Part shown: positions 13,297-28,500 of the stretch, one piece after another
How the letters are laid out: every line of letters starts with the position of its first letter
Numbering within the stretch: position 1 is the first letter of the stretch
Source: Antedon mediterranea
Lineage: Eukaryota; Animalia; Echinodermata
Reading direction: 5' to 3'
Length of the DNA stretch: 64,000 nucleotides
Assembly (NCBI RefSeq): GCF_964355755.1
Contig: NC_092675.1
Span: 13,860,912 to 13,924,911, forward strand
Position numbers and translations under genes: made by a program
The notes under the pieces: generated by a model
Told to the model about the DNA's origin: nothing
The model's input: only the letters and a program-made list of their open reading frames with translations
Databases searched by the model: none

Positions 13297-16200
13297 TCAC
13301 ACAAAAACATCAAAGAGCACAAAATAGCTTAATATCGTATTTAAAAACGTTTTAGACCATTTTGAGCATTTCGACAAAACTTTTTTACACAAAACACCAA
13401 AGTGCTTAGAATAGCTTAAAATCGCATTTGGAGACGTTTTAGACCAATTTGTGCATTTCGATGAAACTTGATTACACAAAAACATCAAAGTGCTTAAAAT
13501 CACATTATAAACCGTTTTAGACCATTTTGAGCATTTCGATAACACTTTTCACACAAAAACATCAAAGAGCACAAAATAGCTTAATATCGTATTTAAAAAC
13601 GTTTTAGACCATTTTGAGCATTTAGACAAAACTTTTTCACACTAAACACCAAAGTGCTTAGAATAGCTTCAAATCGCATTTGGAGACGTTTTAGACCATT
13701 TTGTGCATTTCGATGAAACTTGGTTACACAAAAACATCAAAGTGCTTAAAATCACATTATAAATCGTTTTAGACCATTTTGAGCATTTCGACAAAACTTT
13801 TTCACACAAAATACCAAAGTGCTTAGAATAGCTTCAAATCGCATTTGGAGACGTTTTAGACCATTTTGTGATTTTCGAAAAAACTTTTTAACATAAAAAC
13901 ACCAAAGTGCTTAGAATAGCTTCAAATCACATTTGGAGACGTTTTAGACCATAAGTGCGTAGAATCACATTATAAACCATTTTAGACCATTTTGAGCATT
14001 TCGATAACAATTTTAACACAAAAACATCAAAGAGCACAAAATAGCTTAATATCGTATTTAAAAATGTTTTAGACCATTTTGAGCATTTAGATAAAACTTT
14101 TTCACACAAAACACCAAAGTGCTTAGAATAGCTTCAAATCGCATTTGGAGACGTTTTAGACCAATTTGTGATTTTTGAAAAAACTTGTTAACATAAAAAC
14201 ACCAAAGTGCTTAGAATAGCTTCAAATCACATTTGGAGACGTTTTAGACCATTTTGTGATTTTGAACAAACTTGTTAACATAAAAACACCAAAGTGCTTA
14301 GAATAGCTTCAAATCGCATTTGGAGACGTTTTAGACCATTTTGTGATTTTCGAAAAAACTTGTTAACATAAAAACACCAAAGTGCTTAGAATAGCTTCAA
14401 ATCGTATTTGGAGACGTTTTAGACCATTTTGAGATTTTCGAAAAAACTTGGTTACACAAAAACATCAAAGTGCTTAAAATCACATTATAAACCGTTTTAG
14501 ACCATTTTGAGCATTTCGATAACACTTTTCACACAAAAACATCAAAGAGCACAAAATAGCTTAATATCGTATTTAAAAACGTTTTAGACCATTTTGAGCA
14601 TTTCGACAAAACTTTTTCACACAAAACACCAAAGTGCTTAGAATAGCTTCAAATCGCATTTGGAGACGTTTTAGACCAATTTGTGCATTTCGATGAAACT
14701 TGATTACACAAAAACATCAAAGTGCTTAAAATCACATTATAAACCGTTTTAGACCATTTTGAGCATTTCGATAACACTTTTCACACAAAAACATCAAAGA
14801 GCACAAAATAGCTTAATATCGTATTTAAAAACGTTTTAGACCATTTTGAGCATTTAGACAAAACTTTTTCACACAAAACACCAAAGTTCTTAGAATAGCT
14901 TCAAATCGCATTTGGAGACGTTTTAGACCATTTTGTGCATTTCGATGAAACTTGGTTACACAAAAACATCAAAGTGCTTAAAATCACATTATAAATCGTT
15001 TTAGACCAGTTTGAGCATTTCGACAAAACTTTTTCACACAAAATACCAAAGTGCTTAGAATAGCTTCAAATCGCATTTCGAGACGTTTTAGACCATTTTG
15101 TGATTTTCGAAAAAACTTTTTAACATAAAAACACCAAAGTGCTTAGAATAGCTTCAAATCACATTTGGAGACGTTTTAGACCATAAGTGCTTAGAATCAC
15201 ATTATAAACCGTTTTAGACCATTTTGAGCATTTCGATAACAATTTTCACACAAAAACATCAAAGAGCACAAAATAGCTTAATATCGTATTTAAAAATGTT
15301 TTAGACCATTTTGAGCATTTAGATAAAACTTTTTCACACAAAACACCAAAGTGCTTAGAATAGCTTCAAATCGCATTTGGAGACGTTTTAGACCATTTTG
15401 TGATTTTTGAAAAAACTTGTTAACATAAAAACACCAAAGTGCTTAGAATAGCTTCAAATCACATTTGGAGACGTTTTAGACCATTTTGTGATTTTCGAAA
15501 AAACTTGTTAACATAAAAACACGAAAGTGCTTAGAATAGCTTCAAATCGCATTTGGAAACGTTTAAGACCATTTAGTAATTTTCGAAAAAAACTTGTTAA
15601 CATAAAAACACGAAAGTGCTTAGAATAGCTTCAAATCGCATTTGGAAACGTTTTAGACCATTTTGTGATTTTCGAAAAAAATTGTTAACATAAAAACACC
15701 AAAGTGTTTAGAATAGCTTCAAATCGCATTTGGAGACGTTTTAGACCAATTTGTGATTTTCGAAAAAACTTTTCAACATAAAAACACCAAAGGGTTTAGA
15801 ATAGCTTCAAATCGCATTTGGAGACGTTTTAGACCATTTTGTGATTTTCGAAAAAACTTGTTAACATAAAAACACGAAAGTGCTTAGAATAGCTTCAAAT
15901 CGCATTTGGAAACGTTTTAGACCATTTTGTGATTTTCGAAAAAACTTGTTAACATAAAAACATGAAAGTGCTTAGAATAGCTTCAAATCGTATTTGGAGA
16001 CGTTTTAGACCATTTTGTGATTTTCGAAAAAACTTGTTAACATAAAAACACCAAAGTGCTTAGAATAGCTTCAAATCGCATTTGGAGACGTTTTAGACCA
16101 TTTTGTGCATTTCGATGAAACTTGGTTACACAAAAACATCAAAGTGCTTAAAATCACATTATAAACCATTTTAGACCATTTTGAGCATTTCGATAACACT

Positions 16201-18815
16201 TTTCACACAAAAACATCAAAGAGCACAAAATAGCTTAATATCGTATTTAAAAACGTTTTAGACCATTTTGAGCATTTAGACAAAACTTTTTCACACAAAA
16301 CTCCAAAGTGCTTAGAATAGCTTCAAATCGCATTTGGAGACGTTTTAGAACATTTTGTGTTTTTCGAAAAAACCTGTTAACATAAAAACACCAAAGTGCT
16401 TAGAATAGCTTCAAATCGCATTTGGAGACTATTTAGACCATTTTGTGATTTTTGAAAAAACTTGTTAACATAAAAACACGAAAGTGCTTAGAATAGCTTC
16501 AAATCGCATTTGGAAACGTTTTAGACCATTTTGTGATTTTCGAAAAAGATTGTTAACATAAAAACACCAATGTGCTTAGAATCACATTATACACCGTTTT
16601 AGACCATTTTGAGCATTTCGATAACAATTTTCACACAAAAACATCAAAGGGCACAAAATAGCTTAATATCGTATTTAAAAATGTTTTAGACCATTTTGAG
16701 CATTTAGATAAAACTTTTTCACACAAAACACCAAAGTGCTTAGAATAGCTTCAAATCGCATTTGGAGACGGTTTAGAACATTTTGTGATTTTGAAAAAAC
16801 TTGTTAACATAAAAACACCAAAGTGCTTAGAATAGCTTCAAATCGCATTTGGAGACGTTTTAGACCATTTTGTGATTTTCGAAAAAACTTGTTAACATAA
16901 AAACACCAAAGTGCTTAGAATAGCTTCAAATCGTATTTGGAGACGTTTTAGACCATTTTGAGATTTTCGAAAAAACTTGGTTACACAAAAACATCAAAGT
17001 GCTTAAAATCACATTATAAACCGTTTTAGACCATTTTGAGCATTTCGATAACACTTTTCACACAAAAACATCAAAGAGCACAAAATAGCTTAATATCGTA
17101 TTTAAAAACGTTTTAGACCATTTTGAGCATTTCGACAAAACTTTTTCACACAAAACACCAAAGTGCTTAGAATAGCTTCAAATCGCATTTGGAGACGTTT
17201 TAGACCAATTTGTGCATTTCGATGAAACTTGATTACACAAAAACATCAAAGTGCTTAAAATCACATTATAAACCGTTTTAGACCATTTTGAGCATTTCGA
17301 TAACACTTTTCACACAAAAACATCAAAGAGCACAAAATAGTTTAATATCGTATTTAAAAACGTTTTAGACCATGATTTTCGAAAAAACTTGTTAACATAA
17401 AAACACCAAAGTGCTTAGAATAGCTTCAAATCACATTTGGAGACGTTTTAGACCAATTTGTGATTTTCGAAAAAACTTATCAACATAAAAACACCAAAGG
17501 GCTTAGAATAGCTTCAAATCGCATTTGGAGACTATTTAGACCATTTTGTGATTTTTGAAAAAACTTGTTAACATAAAAACACGAAAGTGCTTAGAATAGC
17601 TTCAAATCGCATTTGGAAACGTTTTATTCCATTTTGTGATTTTCGAAAAAGATTGTTAACATAAAAACACCAATGTGCTTAGAATCACATTATAAACCGT
17701 TTTAGACAATTTTGAGCATTTCGATAACAATTTTCACACAAAAACATCAAAGAGCACAAAATAGCTTAATATCGTATTTAAAAATGTTTTAGACCATTTT
17801 GAGCATTTAGATAAAACTTTTTCACACAAAACACCAAAGTGCTTAGAATAGCTTCAAATCGCATTTGGAGACGGTTTAGAACATTTTGTGATTTTGAAAA
17901 AACTTGTTAACATAAAAACACCAAAGTGCTTAGAATAGCTTCAAATCGCATTTGGAGACGTTTTAGACCATTTTGTGATTTTCGAAAAAACTTGTTAACA
18001 TAAAAACACCAAAGTGCTTAGAATAGCTTCAAATCGTATTTGGAGACGTTTTAGACCATTTTGAGATTTTCGAAAAAACTTGGTTACACAAAAACATCAA
18101 AGTGCTTAAAATCACATTATAAACCGTTTTAGACCATTTTGAGCATTTCGATAACACTTTTCACACAAAAACATCAAAGAGCACAAAATAGCTTAATATC
18201 GTATTTAAAAACGTTTTAGACCATTTTGAGCATTTCGACAAAACTTTTTCACACAAAACACCAAAGTGCTTAGAATAGCTTCAAATCGCATTTGGAGACG
18301 TTTTAGACCAATTTGTGCATTTCGATGAAACTTGATTACACAAAAACATCAAAGTGCTTAAAATCACATTATAAACCGTTTTAGACCATTTTGAGCATTT
18401 CGATAACACTTTTCACACAAAAACATCAAAGAGCACAAAATAGCTTAATATCGTATTTAAAAACGTTTTAGACCATTTTGAGCATTTAGACAAAACTTTT
18501 TCACACAAAACACCAAAGTGCTTAGAATAGCTTCAAATCGCATTTGGAGACGTTTTAGACCATGTTGTGCATTTCGATGAAACTTGGTTACACAAAAACA
18601 TCAAAGTGCTTAAAATCACATTATAAATCGTTTTAGACCATTTTGAGCATTTCGACAAAACTTTTTCACACAAAATACCAAAGTGCTTAGAATAGCTTCA
18701 AATCGCATTTGGAGACGTTTTAGACCATTTTGTGATTTTCGAAAAAACCTTTTAACATAAAAACACCAAAGTGCTTAGAATAGCTTCAAATCACATTTGG
18801 AGACGTTTTAGACCA
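13297..18815 (+). repeat. Block duplicated about 23.5-23.9 kb downstream (copy at about 37198-42368)
   Basis: Shared rare junctions and SNPs: CCATAAGTGC (13951/37852 and 15183/38824), GTTTAAGACCATTTAGTAAT (15561/39114), GACTATTTAG (16428/39981), GACCATGATTTTC (17371/40924) and CATGTTGTGC (18561/42114). Confidence 0.9.
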
Positions 18816-21800
18816 ATTTGTGCATTTCGATGAAACTTGGTTACACAAAAACATCAAAGTGCTTAAAATCACATTATAAATCGTTTTAGACCATTTTGAG
18901 CATTTCGATAACACTTTTCACACAAAAACATCAAAGAGCACAAAATAGCTTAATATCTTATTTAAAAACGTTTTAGACCATTTTGAGCATTTAGACAAAA
19001 CTTTTTCACACAAAACACCAAAGTGCTTAGAATAGCTTCAAATCGCATTTGGAGATGTTTTAGACCATTTTGTGATTTTCAAAAAAACTTGTTAACATAA
19101 AAACACCAAAGTGCTTAGAATAGCTTCAAATCGCATTTGGAGACATTTTAGACCAATTTGTGATTTTCGAAAAAAACTTGTCAACATAAAAACACCAAAG
19201 TGTTTAGAATAGCTTCAAATCGCATTTGGAGACGTTTTAGACAAATTTGTGATTTTCGAAAAAACTTATCAACATAAAAACACCAAAGGGTTTAGAATAG
19301 CTTCAAATCGCATTTGGAGACGTTTTAGACCATTTTGTGATTTTCGAAAAAACTTGTTAACATAAAAACACGAAAGTGCTTAGAATAGCTTCAAATCGCA
19401 TTTGGAAACGTTTTAGACCATTTTGTGATTTTCGAAAAAACTTGTTAACATAAAAACATCAAAGTGTACAGAATAACTTCAAATCGCATTTGGAGACCGT
19501 TTTAGGCCAATTTGTGATTTTCGAAAAAACTTGTTAACCTAAAAATACCAAAGTGTTTAGAATAGCTTCAAATCGCATTTGGAGACGTTTTAGACCATTT
19601 TGTGATTTTCGAAAAAACTTGTTAACATAAAAACACCAAAGTGCTTCAAATCGCATTTGGAGACATTTTAGACCAATTTGTGATTTTTGAAAAAACTTGT
19701 TAACATAAAAACACCAAAGTGCTTACAATAGCTTCAAATCGTATTTGGAGACGTTTTAGACCATTTTGTGATTTTCGAAAAAACTTGTTAACATAAAAAC
19801 ACCAAAGTACTTAGAATAGCTTCAAATCGCATTTGGAGACGTTTTAGACCATTTTATGCATTTCGATGAAACTTGGTTACACAAAAACATCAAAGTGCTT
19901 AAAATCACATTATAATCCGTTTTAGACCATTTTGAGCATTTCGATAACACTTTTCACACAAAAACATCAAAGAGCACAAAATAGCTTAATATCGTATTTA
20001 AAAACGTTTTAGACCATTTTGAGCATTTCGACAAAACTTTTTCACACAAAACACCAAAGTGCTTAGAATAGCTTCAAATCGCATTTGGAGACGTTTTAGA
20101 CCATTTTGTGATTTTCGAAAAAAATTGTTAACATAAAAAAATAAAAGTGTACAGAATAGCTTCAAATCGCATTTGGAGACCGTTTTAGGCCAATTTGTGA
20201 TTTTCGAAAAAACTTGTTAACCTAAAAATACCAAAGTGTTTAGAATAGCTTCAAATCGCATTTGGAGACCTTTTAGACCATTTTGTGATTTTCGAAAAAA
20301 CTTGTTAACATAAAAACACCAAAGTGCTTAGAATAGCTTCAAATCGCATTTGGAGACATTTTAGACCAATTTGTGATTTTCGAAAAAACTTGTCAACATA
20401 AAAACACCAAAGTGTTTAGAATAGCTTCAAATCGCATTTGGAGACGTTTTAGACCATTTTGTGATTTTGAAAAAACTTGTTAACACAAAAACATCAAAGT
20501 GCTTAGAATAGCTTCAAATCGCATTTGGAGACATTTTAGACCAATTTGTGATTTTCGAAAAAACTTGTCAACATAAAAACACCAAAGTGTTTAGAATAGC
20601 TTCAAATCGCATTTGGAGACGTTTTAGACCATTTTGTGATTTTGAAAAAACTTGTTAACACAAAAACATCAAAGTGCTTAAAATCACATTATAAACCGTT
20701 TTAGACCATTTTGTGATTTTCGAAAAAACTTGTTAACATAAAAACACCAAAGTGCTTAGAATAGCTTCAAATCGCATTTGGAGACGTTTTAGACCATTTT
20801 GTGATTTTCAAAAAAAATTGTTAACATAAAAACACCAAAGTGCATAGAATCACATTATAAACCGTTTTAGACCATTTAGAGCATTTCGATAACAATTTTC
20901 ACACAAAAACATCAATGAGCACAAAATAGGTTAATATCGTATTTAAAAATGTTTTAGACCATTTTGAGCATTTAGACAAAACTTTTTCACACAAAACACC
21001 AAAGTGCTTAGAATAGCTTCAAATCGCATTTGGAGACGTTTTAGACAATTTTGTGATTTTCGAAAAAAATTGTTAACATAAAAACACCAAAGTGCTTAGA
21101 ATAGCTTCAAATCGCATTTGGAGACGTTTTAGACCATTTTGTGATTTTCGAAAAAACTTGGTTACACAAAAACATCAAAGTGCTTAAAATCACATTATAA
21201 ACCGTTTTAGACCATTTTGAGCATTTCGATAACACTTTTCACACAAAAACATCATAGAGCACAAAATAGCTTAATATCGTATTTAAAAACGTTTTAGACC
21301 ATTTTGAGCATTTCGACAAAACTTGTTAACATAAAAACACCAAAGTGCTTAGAATGGCTTCAATCGCATTTGGAGACGCTTTAGACCATTTTGTGATTTT
21401 CGAAAAAAATTGTTAACATAAAAACACCAAAGTGCTTAGAATCACATTATAAACCGTTTTAGACCATTTTGAGCATTTCGATAACAATTTTCACACAAAA
21501 ACATCAAAGAGCACAAAATAGCTTAATATCGTATTTAAAAATGTTTTAGACCATTTTGAGCATTTAGAAAAAACTTTTTCACACAAAACACCAAAGTGCT
21601 TAGAATAGCTTCAAATCGTATTTGGAGACGTTTTAGACCATTTTGAGATTTTCGAAAAAACTTGGTTACACAAAAACATCAAAGTGCTTAAAATCACATT
21701 ATAAACCGTTTTAGACCATTTTGAGCATTTCGATAACACTTTTCACACAAAAACATCAAAGAGCACAAAATAGCTTAATATCGTATTTAAAAACGTTTTA

Positions 21801-22538
21801 GACCATTTTGAGCATTTCGACAAAACTTTTTCACACAAAACACCAAAGTGCTTAGAATAGCTTCAAATCGCATTTGGAGACGTTTTAGACCAATTTGTGC
21901 ATTTCGATGAAACTTGGTTACACAAAAACATCAAAGTGCTTAAAATCACATTATAAATCGTTTTAGACCATTTTGAGCATTTCGATAACACTTTTCACAC
22001 AAAAACATCAAAGAGCACAAAATAGCTTAATATCTTATTTAAAAACGTTTTAGACCATTTTGAGCATTTAGACAAAACTTTTTCACACAAAACACCAAAG
22101 TGCTTAGAATAGCTTCAAATCGCATTTGGAGACGTTTTAGACCATTTTGTGATTTTCAAAAAAACTTGTTAACATAAAAACACCAAAGTGCTTAGAATAG
22201 CTTCAAATCGCATTTGGAGACATTTTAGACCAATTTGTGATTTTCGAAAAAAACTTGTCAACATAAAAACACCAAAGTGTTTAGAATAGCTTCAAATCGC
22301 ATTTGGAGACGTTTTAGACCAATTTTATGATTTTCGAAAAAACTTATCAACATAAAAACACCAAAGGGTTTAGAATAGCTTCAAATCGCATTTTGAGACG
22401 TTTTAGACCATTTTGTGATTTTCGAAAAAACTTGTTAACATAAAAACACGAAAGTGCTTAGAATAGCTTCAAATCGCATTTGGAAACGTTTTATTCCATT
22501 TGGTGATTTTCGAAAAAAATTGTTAACATAAAAACACC

Positions 22539-25500
22539 AAAGTGCTTAAAATCACATTATAAACCGTTTTAGACCATTTTGAGCATTTCGATAACACTTT
22601 TCACACAAAAACATCAAAGAGCACAAAATAGCTTAATATCGTATTTAAAAACGTTTTAGACCATTTTGAGCATTTAGACAAAACTTTTTCACACAAAACA
22701 CCAAAGTGCTTAGAATAGCTTCAAATCGCATTTGGAGACGTTTTAGACCATTTTGTGATTTTTGAAAAAACTTGTTAACATAAAAACACCAAAGTGCTTA
22801 GAATAGCTTCAAATCACATTTGGAGACGTTTTAGACCATTTTGTGATTTTCGAAAAAACTTGTTAACATAAAAACACGAAAGTGCTTAGAATAGCTTCAA
22901 ATCGCATTTGGAAACGTTTTAGACCATTTTGTGATTTTCGAAAAAACTTGTTAACATAAAAACACGAAAGTGCTTAGAATAGCTTCAAATCGCATTTGGA
23001 AACGTTTTAGACCATTTTGTGATTTTCGAAAAAAATTGTTAACATAAAAACACCAAAGTGTTTAGAATAGCTTCAAATCGCATTTGGAGACGTTTTAGAC
23101 CAATTTGTGATTTTCGAAAAAACTTATCAACATAAAAACACCAAAGGGTTTAGAATAGCTTCAAATCGCATTTGGAGACGTTTTAGACCATTTTGTGATT
23201 TTCGAAAAAACTTGTTAACATAAAAACACGAAACTGCTTAGAATAGCTTCAAATCGCATTTGGAAACGTTTTAGACCATTTTGTGATTTTCGAAAAAACT
23301 TGTTAACATAAAAACATGAAAGTGCTTAGAATAGCTTCAAATCGTATTTGGAGACGTTTTAGACCATTTTGTGATTTTCGAAAAAAACTTGTTAACATAA
23401 AAACACCAAAGTGCTTAGAATAGCTTCAAATCGCATTTGGAGACGTTTTAGACCATTTTGTGCATTTCGATGAAACTTGGTTACACAAAAACATCAAAGT
23501 GCTTAAAATCACATTATAAACCATTTTAGACCATTTTGAGCATTTCGATAACACTTTTCACACAAAAACATCAAAGAGCACAAAATAGCTTAATATCGTA
23601 TTTAAAAACGTTTTAGACCATTTTGAGCATTTCGACAAAACTTTTTCACACAAAACACCAAAGTGCTTAGAATAGCTTCAAATCGCATTTGGAGACGTTT
23701 TAGACCATTTTGTGATTTTCGAAAAAACTTGTTAACATAAAAACATCAAAGTGTACAGAATAACTTCAAATCGCATTTGGAGACCGTTTTAGACCAATTT
23801 GTGATTTTCGAAAAAACTTATCAACATAAAAACACCAAAGGGTTTAGAATAGCTTCAAATCGCATTTGGAGACGTTTTAGACCATTTTGTGATTTTCGAA
23901 AAAACTTGTTAACATAAAAACACGAAACTGCTTAGAATAGCTTCAAATCGCATTTGGAAACGTTTTAGACCATTTTTTGATTTTCGAAAAAACTTGTTAA
24001 CATAAAAACATGAAAGTGCTTAGAATAGCTTCAAATCGTATTTGGAGACGTTTTAGACCATTTTGTGATTTTCGAAAAAAACTTGTTAACATAAAAACAC
24101 CAAAGTGCTTAGAATAGCTTCAAATCGCATTTGGAGACGTTTTAGACCATTTTGTGCATTTCGATGAAACTTGGTTACACAAAAACATCAAAGTGCTTAA
24201 AATCACATTATAAACCATTTTAGACCATTTTGAGCATTTCGATAACACTTTTCACACAAAAACATCAAAGAGCACAAAATAGCTTAATATCGTATTTAAA
24301 AACGTTTTAGACCATTTTGAGCATTTCGACAAAACTTTTTCACACAAAACACCAAAGTGCTTAGAATAGCTTCAAATCGCATTTGGAGACGTTTTAGACC
24401 ATTTTGTGATTTTCGAAAAAACTTGTTAACATAAAAACATCAAAGTGTACAGAATAACTTCAAATCGCATTTGGAGACCGTTTTAGGCCAATTTGTGATT
24501 TTCGAAAAAACTTGTTAACCTAAAAATACCAAAGTGTTTAGAATAGCTTCAAATCGCATTTGGAGACGTTTTAGACCATTTTGTGATTTTCGAAAAAACT
24601 TGTTAACATAAAAACACCAAAGTGCTTCAAATCGCATTTGGAGACATTTTAGACCAATTTGTGATTTTTGAAAAAACTTGTCAACATAAAAACACCAAAG
24701 TGTTTAGAATAGCTTCAAATCGCATTTGGAGACGTTTTAGACCATTTTGTGATTTTGAAAAAACTTGTTAACACAAAAACATCAAAGTGCTTAAAATCAC
24801 ATTATAAACCGTTTTAGACCATTTTGAGCATTTCGATAACACTTTTCACACAAAAACATCAAAGAGCACAAAATAGCTTAATATCGTATTTAAAAACGTT
24901 TTAGACCATTTTGAGCATTTCGACAAAACTTTTTCACACAAAACACCAAAGTGCTTAGAATAGCTTCAAATCGCATTTGGAGACGTTTTAGACCAATTTG
25001 TGCATTTCGATGAAACTTGATTACACAAAAACACCAAAGTGCTTAAAATCACATTATAAACCGTTTTAGACCATTTTGAGCATTTCGATAACACTTTTCA
25101 CACAAAAACATCAAAGAGCACAAAATAGCTTAATATCGTATTTAAAAACGTTTTAGACCATTTTGAGCATTTAGACAAAACTTTTTCACACAAAACACCA
25201 AAGTGCTTAGAATAGCTTCAAATCGCATTTGGAGACGTTTTAGACCATTTTGTGATTTTCGAAAAAACTTGTTAACATAAAAACACGAAAGTGCTTAGAA
25301 TAGCTTCAAATCGCATTTGGAAACGTTTTATTCCATTTTGTGATTTTCGAAAAAAATTGTTAACATAAAAACACCAAAGTGCTTAGAATCACATTATAAA
25401 CCGTTTTAGACCATTTTGAGCATTTCGATAACAATTTTCACACAAAAACATCAAAGAGCACAAAATAGCTTAATATCGTATTTAAAAATGTTTTAGACCA

Positions 25501-28500
25501 TTTTGAGCATTTAGAAAAAACTTTTTCACACAAAACACCAAAGTGCTTAGAATAGCTTCAAATCGCATTTGGAGACGGTTTAGACCATTTTGTGATTTTG
25601 AAAAAACTTGTTAACATAAAAACACCAAAGTGCTTAGAATAGCTTCAAATCGAATTTGGAGACGTTTTAGACCATTTTGTGATTTTCGAAAAAACTTGTT
25701 AACATAAAAACACCAAAGTGCTTAGAATAGCTTCAAATCACATTTGGAGACGTTTTAGACCATTTTATGATTTTTGAAAAAACTTGTTAACATAAAAACC
25801 CGAAAGTGCTTAGAATAGCTTCAAATCACATTTGGAGACGTTTTAGACCATTTTGTGATTTTCGAAAAAGATTGTTAACATAAAAACACCAAAGTGCTTA
25901 GAATCACATTATAAACCGTTTTAGACCATTTTGAGCATTTCAATAACAATTTTCACACAAAAACATCAAAGAGCACAAAATAGCTTAATATCGTATTTAA
26001 AAATGTTTTAGACCATTTTGAGCATTTAGATAAAACTTTTTCACACAAAACACCAAAGTGCTTAGAATAGCTTCAAATCGAATTTGGAGATAGTTTAGAC
26101 CATTTTCTGATTTTGAAAAAACTTGTTAACATAAAAACACCAAAGTGCTTAGAATAGCTTCAAATTGCATTTGGAGACGTTTTAGACCATTTTGTGATTT
26201 TCGAAAAAACTTGTTAACATAAAAACACCAAAGTGCTTAGAATAGCTTAAAATCGTATTTGGAGACGTTTTAGACCATTTTGAGATTTTCGAAAAAACTT
26301 GGTTACACAAAAACATCAAAGTGCTTAAAATCACATTATAAACCGTTTTAGACCATTTTGAGCATTTCGATAACACTTTTCACACAAAAACATCAAAGAG
26401 CACAAAATAGCTTAATATCGTATTTAAAAACGTTTTAGACCATTTTGAGCATTTCGACAAAACTTTTTCACACAAAACACCAAAGTGCTTAGAATAGCTT
26501 CAAATCGCATTTGGAGACGTTTTAGACCATTTTGTGATTTTCGAAAAAACTTGTTAACATAAAAACATCAAAGTGTACAGAATAACTTCAAATCGCATTT
26601 GGAGACCGTTTTAGGCCAATTTGTGATTTTCGAAAAAACTTGTTAACCTAAAAATACCAAAGTGTTTAGAATAGCTTCAAATCGCATTTGGAGACGTTTT
26701 AGACCATTTTGTGATTTTCGAAAAAACTTCTTAACATAAAAACACCAAAGTGCTTCAAATCGCATTTGGAGACATTTTAGACCAATTTGTGATTTTTGAA
26801 AAAACTTGTTAACATAAAAACACCAAAGTGCTTACAATAGCTTCAAATCGTATTTGGAGACGTTTTAGACCATTTTGTGATTTTCGAAAAAACTTGTTAA
26901 CATAAAAACACCAAAGTACTTAGAATAGCTTCAAATCGCATTTGGAGACGTTTTAGACCATTTTATGCATTTCGATGAAACTTGGTTACACAAAAACATC
27001 AAAGTGCTTAAAATCACATTATAATCCGTTTTAGACCATTTTGAGCATTTCGATAACACTTTTCACACAAAAACATCAAAGAGCACAAAATAGCTTAATA
27101 TCGTATTTAAAAACGTTTTAGACCATTTTGAGCATTTCGACAAAACTTTTTCACACAAAACACCAAAGTGCTTAGAATAGCTTCAAATCGCATTTGGAGA
27201 CGTTTTAGACCATTTTGTGATTTTCGAAAAAAATTGTTAACATAAAAAAATAAAAGTGTACAGAATAGCTTCAAATCGCATTTGGAGACCGTTTTAGGCC
27301 AATTTGTGATTTTCGAAAAAACTTGTTAACCTAAAAATACCAAAGTGTTTAGAATAGCTTCAAATCGCATTTGGAGACGTTTTAGACCAATTTGTGATTT
27401 TCGAAAAAACTTATCAACATAAAAACACCAAAGGGTTTAGAATAGCTTCAAATCGCATTTGGAGACGTTTTAGACCATTTTGTGATTTTGAAAAAACTTG
27501 TTAACACAAAAACATCACAGTGCTTAAAATCACATTATAAACCGTTTTAGACCATTTTGAGCATTTCGATAACACTTTTCACACAAAAACATCAAAGAGC
27601 ACAAAATAGCTTAATATCGTATTTAAAAACGTTTTAGACCATTTTGAGCATTTCGACAAAACTTTTTCACACAAAACACCAAAGTGCTTAGAATAGCTTC
27701 AAATTGCATTTGGAGACGTTTTAGACCAATTTGTGCATTTCGATGAAACTTGATTACACAAAAACATCAAAGTGCTTAAAATCACATCATAAACCGTTTT
27801 AGACCATTTTGAGCATTTCGATAACACTTTTCACACAAAAACATCAAAGAGCACAAAATAGCTTAATATCGTATTTAAAAACGTTTTAGACCATTTTGAG
27901 CATTTCGACAAAACTTTTTCACACAAAACACCAAAGTGCTTAGAATAGCTTCAAATCGCATTTGGAGACGTTTTTGACCATTTTGTGCATTTCGATGAAA
28001 CTTGGTTACACAAAAACATCAAAGTGCTTAAAATCACATTATAAATCGTTTTAGACCATTTTGAGCATTTCGACAAAACTTTTTCACACCAAATACCAAA
28101 GTGCTTAGAATAGCTTCAAATCGCATTTCGAGACGTTTTAGACCATTTTGTGATTTTCGAAAAAACTTTTTAACATAAAAACACCAAAGTGCTTAGAATA
28201 GCTTCAAATCACATTTGGAGACATTTTAGACCATTTTGTGATTTTCGAAAAAACTTGTTAACATAAAAACACGAAAGTGCTTAGAATAGCTTCAAATCGC
28301 ATTTGGAAACGTTTTAGACCATTTTGTGATTTTCGAAAAAAATTGTTAACATAAAAACACCAAAGTGCTTAAAATCACATTATAAACCGTTTTAGACCAT
28401 TTTGAGCATTTCGATAACACTTTTCACACAAAAACATCAAAGAGCACAAAATAGCTTAATATCGTATTTAAAAACGTTTTAGACCATTTTGAGCATTTAG

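Noticed and set aside
15789-15800. AGGGTTTAG variant resembling the plant telomere repeat TTTAGGG
   Set aside because: It is a two-substitution derivative of AGTGCTTAG, the intermediate AGTGTTTAG is present, and it never occurs as a tandem telomeric repeat.
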